A stretch of 64,000 bases of DNA, from the IMG/VR virus record IMGVR_UViG_3300023213_000338; one strand, 5' to 3'. Of the stretch, positions 17,671 to 27,667 are shown piece by piece. The first letter of the stretch is position 1; each line of letters begins with the position of its first letter. The translations under genes were made by a program, and so were the position numbers. Origin of the DNA: a virus (lineage: Duplodnaviria; Heunggongvirae; Uroviricota; Caudoviricetes). The notes beneath the pieces were generated by a model that saw only the letters and a program-made list of their open reading frames with translations, did no database searches and was not told the origin of the DNA.

Positions 17671-20600
17671 ATGGATCAATTCGGAAACGCTCTAAATCAG
17701 ACAGGTAAATTCTTCACAGGAATTGGTCAAGATATTGGAAATACAATTGAAAACGTAGCCTCTGGTCTTAGAGACAACCTCTCAAACGATTGGCAAGGTT
17801 TGTCTAAAAGTATACAACAGCCTCAAATTCCAAGCATCAATAACCCTGTTGCACAGGATGCAACAAGCTCGCTTTTACCCATGATTTTGCAACAAGGTCA
17901 ATATGCTCTGCAAGGAAAAAATGTCTTTGGTCAACAACAACCATGGAGTTTAAGCAATCCTTTTGCTCCTGCTCCTCGTATTAATGCCGCAAATCAAATT
18001 AATACTGGAAATCCAGTTGCAGATTTTGCACTAAAAACAGCAGTTGGTATTCCGCAAAGTATATTAAATGTCCCCTCAGATATCCAACAAGGAGTTGGAC
18101 AAACAGGACAAGATATTCAATCTGGAAAGATATTACAACCCCAAGTTGCGGTAAGCGATATCGCTTCAATCGGTTTGCCAATCGCAACTCTAGCAACTTT
18201 ACCTATGGGAGGAGAAGTTGCCGAACAAGCAATGCAACAAGGGTTCGGCCAAGCTTTGAAAGAAGGAGCTTTGACTGGAACTAAATTCGGAGCAGGTTTC
18301 GGTTTCGGAGCAGGCTTACAAAGTGGAAGAAACATTACAAATCCACAGCAATATTTGCAGAATTTAGCTACCAATGTTGGTGCTGGATCTTTAGCGGGAT
18401 TAGCAGTCGGAGGGACATTGGGAGGAGCGTCTAATCTTATTGGAAGAGGATTACAAAATATGAAAGATAATGAAGCGGTTACTCTTCCAGATGGGTTAAG
18501 GGTTACTCGAGAGGGGATAAATAAGTTTATGGACTTAAAGCCTCAAATCGATGCTAATTACGAACAATATGCAAATGATCCAAATATTTGGCAGAAGCTT
18601 TTGCCTCAAGATAATTTTAACGACTGGTATAAATCACAGGAAATGAACCATACCCCAGGAGGACCAGAAGCTCTTAAAGATGCTAATGGTTATTTCACTT
18701 TCGTTAATCCATTTGATATGCCACCAAAAGTAGCAGAGTCAGGGGATGTTATGAAAGGAGTTGCTTTCGATCAATTCGTTTCCAATAATGGAGTTTCTGA
18801 TTTACCTGTTGTAAAACAAACCTATGACGAAAATGGAAATCCAAATCCTTTAGATATTACAGATGGACATCATAGATTTCCAATTTCAAGGTCTCTTGGC
18901 CATCAATTAGTTCCAGTTGTAATGCTTGATGATAAAGCTCCTTTACTTTCTGATTCTTTCAATCAAATTAAATCAGGAACACCAATGAGAATAGGAATTA
19001 CATCAGCTCAACAAGCAAATCCGCAAGTTGCACAATTTTTGGATCAAGGAGCAAAACAGATGGAAGCTGGAGATATTAATGGAGCGATTAAAACCTTACA
19101 AAATGTTACGGACACAACCAAAGGACAATTAACCGATCTGCTTAATGATGGGGCAACCCAAGTTAGCAGACTTGAAACCAATACTCATGGATTATATTTC
19201 GGAACGCCAGAGCCTTCTTATTGGTTAGATCTTAATTCTAATAACTCAAATGAAACTCTTGCTTCTTTAGCAAAGTTCGCAAAAGACAATCAGCAAGACT
19301 CATTTATTACGGGGACAAAGAGTCAGGCAGGGCAAAATCTTGGTTTATCAATGAACTTTGGAAGACCTCTCAGTAACGAAGAGGTAGTTGCTGTTCAAAG
19401 AATTGCAAACGCAGAAGGATTGGGATTAACGATTAATCAGCGTACAGGAGAAACATATTCATATAATATTTCCCAATTTGATGGATTAAATCCAGAAGAA
19501 TTTAAAACCAAAGCGGAACAAGCGATTACTGCTTTGCAAGCTGGAGGATTCAAATTTAGTAAGTCGCTTGACAAATATAATTTAGGTGTTTACACTAAAG
19601 ATAATTATGACGGACTCATCAGTAAAAGCAACAGATTTGGACAGGTTGGTGCAGGACTTCAACCAGAAGGCACAACAGGAGGGAACATATCAGCCGAGCA
19701 ACCAAAAGGGAACGCAGGTAGCGTTCTTCCGCAAAACGCCCAATTATCCCCTCAAGAAACCTCAATCGTAAAAGGTCGAGATAAATCAATAGACATTAAG
19801 GATGCAACAGCTAAAGTTACAGAGGCTTCAAAAGATGTTCCTGTTTTACAAGATGTTGTAGATAATGCAACAAATGCCGTTAATGGAGTTTCTCAAGTTG
19901 CTTTAAAAGATCCACAATCTTTGGCTCAAAAGGTTGCAGATGATAAAGGAAGAACTTTGGAAAATAATCCAGATACTATTAGAAGCACAATTCTTGCAAT
20001 GGATAAAGATAAAGCTCAACAAGCTTTAGACATTCTTAAACAAGATCCGACAGTTCAGGTTGTAAAAGAGAAAAACAAAGTTAATCCAAAGACAGGATAT
20101 GATGCACAGCATTTACAAGTGAAACTTCCTAGTGGACAAACCGCAGAAATTCAAGCTCACACTCCTGAGTCACTTCAAACTCGTGAGATTGGACATGATC
20201 AATACAAAGGCGAGGGAACAAAAGGTGGAATTCCGCCTCCTCCAGAAAATATTCCAACAACAAACATTTTTGGATCGCCTCAGAATTATGCCGTTCTAAC
20301 AGGATTGGACAAAAACCGTCAAGAAGCTGGATTACCTATTCCTCAACAACAATGGAAGAATCCCATTGCAGGGAAAGGGGATATGGGAGATATCCCTCCT
20401 TTTGATAAGTATGGCAATCAAGGAAAAGGAGCATTCCAGCCAGGAGGAGCAATCCCAGAAACACAAACACCAAAACCCATAGGAGGAATCAAAGCTCTGG
20501 CTAAAAGTTTGTTTGTTGGGGAAAGAAAAGTTCTTGCTGATTCTCCTAGCACAAATGCGAATCTTTTTATTAAACGCTTGGAAGATGCAGCTAATAATCA

Positions 20601-23400
20601 TGAAGACATGGCTTCTTCAGCGATAACTGCTTTAGCAAATGCAAGGAAAGCTTTAAAACCAAATCAATACGCATTCGTAGTAGACTTAGCAGAAGGAAAA
20701 GTACCCATGATTGGAGATAAAGTTGATATGGGCTTAGGAGAGGCGCAGGCACAAGAAATTCCTCCAGAGATTAAGAATTGGTTACAGGCGTGGGATACGG
20801 TTCGTAAAGATATTGCTACAAAAGCAAAAGCTATCGATCTTCAGACTCTTGATCCCGAAGGAGGGATGACAGTTCCTTGGGAGGGAAGAGATAATTATTT
20901 CCCTCATTATGTAACCAAAGAGCAAATGGATCAAATTCGAGCCAATCCAGATGCGACTCTTGATGGCATTATTAGAAGCGGAAAAGCAAGTAATGCTTTT
21001 GAGGCGAGGCTGTATTTAGATAAGCAGTTAGATGCTTTGAGAGCAAGAAGGTTTGGGAATTTGGAAATGCATAGAGGAGATATTGATATTCCTTATTTAA
21101 AAGATCCTCGTATTGCCGAAGATTATGTTAATGGTGCATATAAAAGAATAGCTTATGCCAACCAATTTGGAGCTTTTAATCAAGATGGTCAACGCTTGGT
21201 TGACAACATGATTGGGGAAGGTCGTCCATATGAGTCAAATGTTGCATCTGATCTTTTAAAGCAGGTTACGGGTTATCGTCCACAAAGCCCAGAGGAACAA
21301 GGAGTTGGAATGATTGGGAGAGCTGTTCGTGCAATCGAAACCCCTATGAAGTTAGGCTTAATTTCTCTTCACCACGGAGGACAGGTCGCTTCAATTGCTG
21401 CAAGGTCAGGCCTTGGGAACATGCTCAGAACTGCTCCTCAAGCAGTTTCTTCTTTACTATTTGACAACCAATCTCCTTTTGCTAGAAATGCGGTCTTGGA
21501 GCTTCATGACCTTGATAATAAATATGATCTTTATGGAGGATCTTCTAGACTTGATCAAAAGTTTCTCGGAGTGGTTGGTTTCGACAGAGTAATTAAAACG
21601 CTTCGTGCATGGGGAGCAGACGCTGCCCAAATGCAAGCTAAACAATTCGAAACAAAACTAGACGATTCGACAACAGCAAGATTTCTTAAAGGGGCAGGAC
21701 TTGATTATGATGCAATAAGACAAAGAGGATATCTTACTCAACCAGAAGTTAATCAATATGCAAGATCAGCCTTAAAAGATACAGCCCTTCTTTTTCAGCC
21801 AGGAGATTTACCAAAGCTTTGGAATACGCCAGTTGGAAGACTCATGACTATGTTTAAAACCTTTGGCTATAATCAGGCTACAAAGTTTGTTCCATACATA
21901 TTTAGAGAAGCAAGAGCAGGAAATGTAGCTCCTGCAATCGCATTCTTGACATTGGGAACAGGAATTGGTACAGGTGAACAGGTATTTCAAAATTTAATTC
22001 AAAATAAACCTGCTCCTACGATTGGGAAAACAATTGTTCAAGGTGCACTTAGAGGAGCTAATCCTGGAATTATAGGAAGTACAATTGCAAATACAATTAT
22101 GTACCCACAATATACAGCGTCTAATTTGGTTGGTTTAGTTGGTGGACCCGTAGCCTCTGATGTCATGAATGTAGGAGGATTAGTAAATAATGCTTTAAAT
22201 CCTCCTCAAGGACAAAATCAGGTTCAAATTAAAAACAATCAAATAACTGCAAATAGAGATTTAATTAGAAATGTTCCTTTGGTTGGCTCAACTTTAGCAA
22301 ACACTCTTTTCCCATATAAAAGTTATGTTGGTAATCGTCCATCAGATGTTCTTTCGGGAATGCTTACTGGACAACCAATAACTCATGGAACTGGAGATTT
22401 TGCTTATCAAACAACACCAACAGTTGCTGATTTACTAAGACCAAATCCTACAGTTATCGCTCAAACAAAACAAGCAACAACTATTGCTAAAAATGAAAAT
22501 TCAATTAAAGCTGGATTAGATGCTAATAGACAAACCCAACTTGATACTATCAATAACCTACTTCAGCTTCCTTACAATGGGGGAAATCAGCTTGATAAAA
22601 TTCATGCTTATGGGTTGTTAGCTAATGATGGGCAATTAGCCCTAGCTAAATCACAAATGGAGGCATCTAATGCAAAGACTACAAAAGATCCAGTTAATCC
22701 TTTATGGCAAATGGGACTTGTTAATCCACAAGCACAAAATATTGTTTTGCAATATAAGGCTTTATTGCCAGCAGACCAAAAAGCTTTTAAATCAGATCCT
22801 ACAAATCTAGCTATCTTAAACTCATATAATGCAGCGGAAACAGATTATTACAACAGTCTTCCTCCAACCAAACAAACCCAACAATTTGGTATTGTAGCTC
22901 CGTCTCCTTCAAAAGATGTACAAAACTTACTAAATCAGGCTAAGTCAACAAAAAACTATTCTTTATACAATGATTCAAAAGTGCAAGCATATTTTGCTCA
23001 ACTTGATTATTATGACAATTATATTAATGGATTGGCGGGATTACCCCCTGGAGCTGGAGGGACAACCAAAGGAGGGGGTGGAGGATATGGCTCTTCCAAT
23101 GGTTATATAGGCAATTTACCTAGTAACTATTTGGAACGCGCTCAACTTAGATCCTTTATATCTCAGGCTATGATGCTTGAAAACCAACCTGTCCCAATGA
23201 GATTTAAGGGAGTAGGAGGGTTTCAGCAACAACTCAGACAAAATCCTATTAATATAAATGCATTAACAGGAAATGTAGCATTAGCTCCAAGAGAAAGAGT
23301 TTCACCTGTTTTGGGACAACCAAAAGTTGGAGGAGTACAGCTTAGGCCATATCAGCAACCTACGAGTATGCATGGGCTTGGTATGGCAGCAGTAAGATAA
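17671..23400 (+). CDS. giant virion protein (1909 aa), Q-rich, with an internal ParB/Srx-like DGHHR motif; candidate internal/ejection or tape-measure-like protein
   Basis: Uninterrupted 5.7-kb ORF. DITDGHHRFPISR at about aa 395-407 resembles the ParB/sulfiredoxin-fold signature. The N-terminus is Q/G-rich and the C-terminus has a Gly-rich GGTTKGGGGGYGSSNGY patch. Confidence 0.6.
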   Translation: MDQFGNALNQTGKFFTGIGQDIGNTIENVASGLRDNLSNDWQGLSKSIQQPQIPSINNPVAQDATSSLLPMILQQGQYALQGKNVFGQQQPWSLSNPFAPAPRINAANQINTGNPVADFALKTAVGIPQSILNVPSDIQQGVGQTGQDIQSGKILQPQVAVSDIASIGLPIATLATLPMGGEVAEQAMQQGFGQALKEGALTGTKFGAGFGFGAGLQSGRNITNPQQYLQNLATNVGAGSLAGLAVGGTLGGASNLIGRGLQNMKDNEAVTLPDGLRVTREGINKFMDLKPQIDANYEQYANDPNIWQKLLPQDNFNDWYKSQEMNHTPGGPEALKDANGYFTFVNPFDMPPKVAESGDVMKGVAFDQFVSNNGVSDLPVVKQTYDENGNPNPLDITDGHHRFPISRSLGHQLVPVVMLDDKAPLLSDSFNQIKSGTPMRIGITSAQQANPQVAQFLDQGAKQMEAGDINGAIKTLQNVTDTTKGQLTDLLNDGATQVSRLETNTHGLYFGTPEPSYWLDLNSNNSNETLASLAKFAKDNQQDSFITGTKSQAGQNLGLSMNFGRPLSNEEVVAVQRIANAEGLGLTINQRTGETYSYNISQFDGLNPEEFKTKAEQAITALQAGGFKFSKSLDKYNLGVYTKDNYDGLISKSNRFGQVGAGLQPEGTTGGNISAEQPKGNAGSVLPQNAQLSPQETSIVKGRDKSIDIKDATAKVTEASKDVPVLQDVVDNATNAVNGVSQVALKDPQSLAQKVADDKGRTLENNPDTIRSTILAMDKDKAQQALDILKQDPTVQVVKEKNKVNPKTGYDAQHLQVKLPSGQTAEIQAHTPESLQTREIGHDQYKGEGTKGGIPPPPENIPTTNIFGSPQNYAVLTGLDKNRQEAGLPIPQQQWKNPIAGKGDMGDIPPFDKYGNQGKGAFQPGGAIPETQTPKPIGGIKALAKSLFVGERKVLADSPSTNANLFIKRLEDAANNHEDMASSAITALANARKALKPNQYAFVVDLAEGKVPMIGDKVDMGLGEAQAQEIPPEIKNWLQAWDTVRKDIATKAKAIDLQTLDPEGGMTVPWEGRDNYFPHYVTKEQMDQIRANPDATLDGIIRSGKASNAFEARLYLDKQLDALRARRFGNLEMHRGDIDIPYLKDPRIAEDYVNGAYKRIAYANQFGAFNQDGQRLVDNMIGEGRPYESNVASDLLKQVTGYRPQSPEEQGVGMIGRAVRAIETPMKLGLISLHHGGQVASIAARSGLGNMLRTAPQAVSSLLFDNQSPFARNAVLELHDLDNKYDLYGGSSRLDQKFLGVVGFDRVIKTLRAWGADAAQMQAKQFETKLDDSTTARFLKGAGLDYDAIRQRGYLTQPEVNQYARSALKDTALLFQPGDLPKLWNTPVGRLMTMFKTFGYNQATKFVPYIFREARAGNVAPAIAFLTLGTGIGTGEQVFQNLIQNKPAPTIGKTIVQGALRGANPGIIGSTIANTIMYPQYTASNLVGLVGGPVASDVMNVGGLVNNALNPPQGQNQVQIKNNQITANRDLIRNVPLVGSTLANTLFPYKSYVGNRPSDVLSGMLTGQPITHGTGDFAYQTTPTVADLLRPNPTVIAQTKQATTIAKNENSIKAGLDANRQTQLDTINNLLQLPYNGGNQLDKIHAYGLLANDGQLALAKSQMEASNAKTTKDPVNPLWQMGLVNPQAQNIVLQYKALLPADQKAFKSDPTNLAILNSYNAAETDYYNSLPPTKQTQQFGIVAPSPSKDVQNLLNQAKSTKNYSLYNDSKVQAYFAQLDYYDNYINGLAGLPPGAGGTTKGGGGGYGSSNGYIGNLPSNYLERAQLRSFISQAMMLENQPVPMRFKGVGGFQQQLRQNPININALTGNVALAPRERVSPVLGQPKVGGVQLRPYQQPTSMHGLGMAAVR

Positions 23401-23401
23401 T

Positions 23402-24307
23402 ATGGGAGCATTACAACAAGCACTAGGAGCACTAGGACACTTTGGTCAACAGGCATTTCAAAATGCGTGGGGAGGTGTACAGAATTGGCTTGGAGGCGGT
23501 AGAAGACCAGGATATTCATTTTCTCCTATCCCAAAAGCAGAAAGTCCAGGAGGATATAATAGTCCTTTACAACCAGGCTTGAATTATTATTATCAAAGAG
23601 AGTATGCAAATGAGAGATTGGCTGATCAACAACTTGCTCAAAATCAACATATGCAACCATCTCCCACAAGAAACATAACTCCTATTCCCACAAGAATTCC
23701 TGTTAATAATGTTATTTCTCAACCGATGCAACAATCAAGAATTGTAGCTAGAACAACTCCTACTCCTAATCCTAGCCACACAGTTAACTATCAACAAAAC
23801 ATTACCATTCCCTATAGCCAGACAGGACAACCATATCGTTTACAACCTCAACTTGCTCAAACTTTAATGAATGCATTTGGAAATATTAATCAAGCTACAA
23901 ATGCAGCTCAAGTTCTTAACCATCCTTTACAACAAACCTATACTCAGGCAGAGATCAGGCAAATGGGACATCCTTCGTATAATTATGGAGAAAATGCAGG
24001 TTTTGGTTTAACCAATAATGATGCTCCTAATCCAAATGGATCAATAGACAGGGGTTTATTTAGGATAAATAGCAATACATTTAATGGCATTATGAATGAT
24101 CCTAAATATGGCTTCTGGAAACAAGCTGCAAATAAATTTGGGATTAGAAAATGGGATGACATGAATGATCCGCAAAAGAATGCTTATATGGCAAGAATTA
24201 TCTATGAGATGGGTGGATGGGGTAGATGGTTTGCTGCCCCACCTCAATTAAGAGGACAAGGAGCACCAGACTTACAACAATTAGCTCAGTTAATTGCAAG
24301 GAGGTAA
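23402..24307 (+). CDS. virion-associated lysozyme-like peptidoglycan hydrolase (C-terminal GH22/GH23-like domain)
   Basis: C-terminal GENAGFGL...NGSIDRGLFRINSNTFNG matches the lysozyme/transglycosylase G(L/I)FQINS signature. It starts 1 nt after the giant-protein stop. Confidence 0.5.
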   Translation: MGALQQALGALGHFGQQAFQNAWGGVQNWLGGGRRPGYSFSPIPKAESPGGYNSPLQPGLNYYYQREYANERLADQQLAQNQHMQPSPTRNITPIPTRIPVNNVISQPMQQSRIVARTTPTPNPSHTVNYQQNITIPYSQTGQPYRLQPQLAQTLMNAFGNINQATNAAQVLNHPLQQTYTQAEIRQMGHPSYNYGENAGFGLTNNDAPNPNGSIDRGLFRINSNTFNGIMNDPKYGFWKQAANKFGIRKWDDMNDPQKNAYMARIIYEMGGWGRWFAAPPQLRGQGAPDLQQLAQLIARR

Positions 24308-24833
24308 AAATAATATGGCAATACTAATGGGATCACCAATGCCAGGAAGAGGAGTTCCAACGAGAACTCCAATAACAAATATACCAAGTTTAGATACAAG
24401 TGCTTTTAGACAGCAACTTTTAAATGAGTATCAATCCTTTAGGCAGGGTAATGGAATGGTTGCTAATGGAGCAACACCTTTTGCTAGTCAATTTCTACAA
24501 GGATTACCCGCCCAATTAGGTGGGCAGACTCCTCAACCGATCGTAGCTCAACCAAGTGGATTGCAATTAGCTTTACAACAAATTGCTCAATTATATGCGA
24601 AGAATCGAATGAACCAACCTAATTTTTCTCCATTTATTGCAACAGGAATAGGTAAGGCTATGCAAAGAGTTCCAAATTTTAATCCTAAGTTTCAACAACC
24701 AGTTAATTCTTTAGGGACACTTAATGCCCAAAATAAAAACGTTTCGCCAGAAACAGTTCAACAAGGTAGACAATCAGCTAGAAATGGAGATTTTGCCAGT
24801 CCTTTAAGCACGGGCTATTCTGGAGTTTTCTAA
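24294..24833 (+). CDS. hypothetical protein (Q/N-rich)
   Basis: 179-aa ORF overlapping the previous gene end by 14 nt. Confidence 0.45.
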   Translation: MQGGKNNMAILMGSPMPGRGVPTRTPITNIPSLDTSAFRQQLLNEYQSFRQGNGMVANGATPFASQFLQGLPAQLGGQTPQPIVAQPSGLQLALQQIAQLYAKNRMNQPNFSPFIATGIGKAMQRVPNFNPKFQQPVNSLGTLNAQNKNVSPETVQQGRQSARNGDFASPLSTGYSGVF

Positions 24834-24910
24834 AAACTTGACTTTTTAAGAGAAAGTAGATAGTGTAAAAGACATATATACTTTCAACATAACGAGTACC
24901 GTTTATTGAA

Positions 24911-24943
24911 AGCCACCTGTAAAGAATAAGGGTGGCTTTTTAG
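24911..24943 (+). terminator. hairpin with U tract, preceded by a conserved leader box
   Basis: The 8-bp stem aagccacc/ggtggctt has a 13-nt loop and is followed by tttt. The leader box caaCATAAcGAGtACCGTTtAT lies at 24885-24908. A weak TTGACT...TAGTGT promoter-like element sits at 24839-24867. Confidence 0.4.
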
Positions 24944-24975
24944 TTTAAAGAAGGTAAAAGGGGTAGCATATAGCG

Positions 24976-25284
24976 ATGAATGGATTTTGGCAATTTTTTA
25001 AAACAGCTATTCAACACCAAGCGGTTCAATTTTTCATTGTCATTGGAACAGTGGCGATTGCTCTTGCTAATATTTGGATTGGTCTTAGGACTGCTCCTTT
25101 GGCAGATCATATTTCAACCATAGCAACTCAAGTAGATGCAGATAATCGACGCATAACAAACCTTGAAGACCTTACTCCACAATTTATTAAACTTCAACAA
25201 CAACTTCAAGATATAAGTCCTAGACTTGACAGGATTGAAAATAAGGTAGATTCAATAGACAACTTTTTAAGAGGATATAAGTAA
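24976..25284 (+). CDS. XhlA-like membrane protein (single TM + coiled coil), lysis-associated
   Basis: 102 aa. A transmembrane helix FFIVIGTVAIALANIWIGL is followed by a coiled-coil tail. It sits immediately upstream of the M23 peptidase gene. Confidence 0.4.
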   Translation: MNGFWQFFKTAIQHQAVQFFIVIGTVAIALANIWIGLRTAPLADHISTIATQVDADNRRITNLEDLTPQFIKLQQQLQDISPRLDRIENKVDSIDNFLRGYK

Positions 25285-25287
25285 TAT

Positions 25288-26154
25288 ATGACATATATTT
25301 TAGGAGATGTATACATTGGTAATTATCCTGAAACACAAGGATTTGGAGATAATCCCCAAAATTATGCTCAATTTGGTTTAAAAGGCCACGACGGTATTGA
25401 TATTGGAGCTCCAACAAATACACAAGTTATTGCTAGTAATGATGGGTGGATTAAAGAAGTCGGATCTGACCCAACAGGCTATGGTAATTATGTTAAGGTT
25501 ATCCATAATGGATATTTAACACTCTCAGCTCATTTGGATCATGCTACAGTGAGTGTGGGAGATAAAGTGATTCGTGGACAACTTATTGGATATTCAGATA
25601 ATACAGGTAATTCAACAGGTGCTCATATTCATTTTGGAGTAGCTCCTTGTGATAGCAATGGAGCAAAAACGGAAATAAATAATGGCTATGCTGGATATAT
25701 TGATCCTAATGGAAATAGATGTAGTTGGGATATTAAGAATCCTACTCAACCAGTTTCTGTTCCAAGTCAACCCACTACTGATTTACAGAGTCAATTAGAT
25801 CAATGCAGGACAGATCGAGATAAAAATTGGAGATTATATCAAGCAGATGAAGCAACTATTGCAAACCTTAATCAACAAATTAATGATAGAAATAATGATA
25901 TAACTCAATTAAATGCTCAAATTAAAACATTACAAACCCAACTTGAAGCCTCTAATCAACAAGTTATAACTCTCCAACCAATAGCGTCAAAAGTTCCAGA
26001 CTTGACTGCCAACCTAGCACAATGTGAGCAAGATCGCCAAAGTATCCTAGATGCACAATCAAAACAAAATGTTCTTATTGGGAACTTGAAGTCTCAACTA
26101 GCAAACGTCAAGCCTAAAACATTTTGGGCGAAATTACAATTTTTATTTTCGTAG
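25288..26154 (+). CDS. peptidase M23 (LytM-type) endolysin with C-terminal coiled coil
   Basis: Contains GLKGHDGIDIGAP (HxxxD), HLDH, and NTGNSTGAHIHFGV (HxH), the canonical M23 zinc ligands. Confidence 0.75.
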   Translation: MTYILGDVYIGNYPETQGFGDNPQNYAQFGLKGHDGIDIGAPTNTQVIASNDGWIKEVGSDPTGYGNYVKVIHNGYLTLSAHLDHATVSVGDKVIRGQLIGYSDNTGNSTGAHIHFGVAPCDSNGAKTEINNGYAGYIDPNGNRCSWDIKNPTQPVSVPSQPTTDLQSQLDQCRTDRDKNWRLYQADEATIANLNQQINDRNNDITQLNAQIKTLQTQLEASNQQVITLQPIASKVPDLTANLAQCEQDRQSILDAQSKQNVLIGNLKSQLANVKPKTFWAKLQFLFS

Positions 26155-26167
26155 AAGGAGGTGAATT

Positions 26168-26428
26168 ATGTTTACACAAGCAGCATTTGAACGAGGACTT
26201 AGGAATTTTGGAGCTACTATCATAAGTTTACTAGCTATTGCTTTAATTCAAGCACTTACAGGTTTACAAGCTGTACCAATCAATTTTTCTGACATTCAAC
26301 AAACAACAAAAGCACTTGTAGTCGCTTTTGTTATCGGATTTATTACATATTTAGGGAAAGCTATTCGCGATAAATATGGGAGTCCGACAAATAGTACAGC
26401 AGGAGTTATCAACAAACTTCCTATTTAA
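26168..26428 (+). CDS. holin-like protein (two TM helices)
   Basis: 86 aa with two hydrophobic helices (GATIISLLAIALIQALTGL and ALVVAFVIGFITYLG). A GGAGG RBS precedes it, directly downstream of the peptidase. Confidence 0.5.
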   Translation: MFTQAAFERGLRNFGATIISLLAIALIQALTGLQAVPINFSDIQQTTKALVVAFVIGFITYLGKAIRDKYGSPTNSTAGVINKLPI

Positions 26429-26443
26429 AGGAAAGGTTAGCCT

Positions 26444-26647
26444 ATGCCAACTTCAGAAGATAAAGGCGTGCCGTTAGCAGAGATGTTTACTCGAGCGGAG
26501 AGAAATCGTCTTGGATTCTTTCGTTGGTTTTTCAGACAAAGACCAGAAATTCGTTTTCCTACACAATCTCTTCCCCCTCCGAATCCTCCAAATGTTACAG
26601 GCGTAGGTGAATTCTTTGCTCGTCGAGCTCAAAGAGGGAAGAAATAA
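26444..26647 (+). CDS. hypothetical small protein
   Basis: 67-aa ORF; arginine/phenylalanine-rich. Confidence 0.35.
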   Translation: MPTSEDKGVPLAEMFTRAERNRLGFFRWFFRQRPEIRFPTQSLPPPNPPNVTGVGEFFARRAQRGKK

Positions 26648-26655
26648 TCGCTTGT

Positions 26656-26685
26656 TGACAATTAATTTTTATCGCAGTATTATTC
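26656..26685 (+). promoter_or_regulatory. sigma70-type promoter TTGACA-N17-TATTAT
   Basis: TTGACA at 26656-26661, then attaatttttatcgcag, then TATTAT. It lies upstream of ORF 26701. Confidence 0.4.
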
Positions 26686-26700
26686 AAATATATATAATAT

Positions 26701-27327
26701 ATGCCATCGGATCTTGTAACTTCTAATTCCCAAATATTTCTCCAACCAGATATTATAAATAAATTAAACTCTTGGGAAGATTTTGTAGGATTTTATACCC
26801 AACTTGAAGAAGTTTCCTCTCTTTCCTCTTGGCTTAAGGCAGATCTTATCAAAAGGCTTGTTGAAAAATTCCCCGACAAAAATTCTTTACTGGAGTTTAG
26901 TAAGTCTGTTAATCAAAAATATAGTACGATCGTTAATTATCTCCGAATAGCAAAAGCATTCCCAATGGAGAAAAGGATTCCAGAAGCTTCTTTTACCCTT
27001 CATTTTCAGGCCAGTTTTATAGACTCATTTGATAACGAAAAACAAGAGTTTATAACAGACGACAGGTTTAAGTGGCTTGGGATTGCAATTGATCAACATT
27101 GGTCAACAAGAGCTTTACAGAGTGAAATCAGAAGAGATAAAAAAACAAAAGCTTTAAACTCAGAGGTTATTCCTTGCGATTTATGTGGAAGTTCGGAAGA
27201 AGAAACATTTGAATATATATTCTATTCTCCAATCCTTCATCAAGTAGCTACGCATAAGGATCTTCATGTTACCTGCTTCCAGTCTATAATAGATAAGATT
27301 GGACAGGAAGCTCCAAATGGTATTTGA
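26701..27327 (+). CDS. hypothetical protein
   Basis: 208-aa ORF. Confidence 0.5.
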   Translation: MPSDLVTSNSQIFLQPDIINKLNSWEDFVGFYTQLEEVSSLSSWLKADLIKRLVEKFPDKNSLLEFSKSVNQKYSTIVNYLRIAKAFPMEKRIPEASFTLHFQASFIDSFDNEKQEFITDDRFKWLGIAIDQHWSTRALQSEIRRDKKTKALNSEVIPCDLCGSSEEETFEYIFYSPILHQVATHKDLHVTCFQSIIDKIGQEAPNGI

Positions 27328-27493
27328 GCAAACTTTAAAAAAGGGCGTTTCTGATTGTTGGACAAGGAAAGCCCATGATTGGAAAAGAATAGACGAGTAT
27401 ACGTTAAAGTGCCAAACTTGTGGGGAAGAAGCTGATAATGAACGTTATATTAGAATGAAAGAAGCTACAAAACAGAAAGGTTTTTTCAGATAA
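27299..27493 (+). CDS. hypothetical small protein with CxxC
   Basis: 64-aa ORF overlapping the previous gene. It carries CQTCGEEAD. Confidence 0.3.
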   Translation: MDRKLQMVFEQTLKKGVSDCWTRKAHDWKRIDEYTLKCQTCGEEADNERYIRMKEATKQKGFFR

Positions 27494-27667
27494 AAAAAGA
27501 AAGCCAAGGGGGAAATAAAAAAGAACTAACCTGATGAAGGATTAGAAGTTTTTTAACCCTTAACTTTCTTTACTTTATATTTTACCACTTTTTTACTCTT
27601 TTGTCTATACTTTCTTCTTCTGCGAGACGTTTCTGGACTAAAGGATTGTGTTCAAGTCGTTTCTTTT

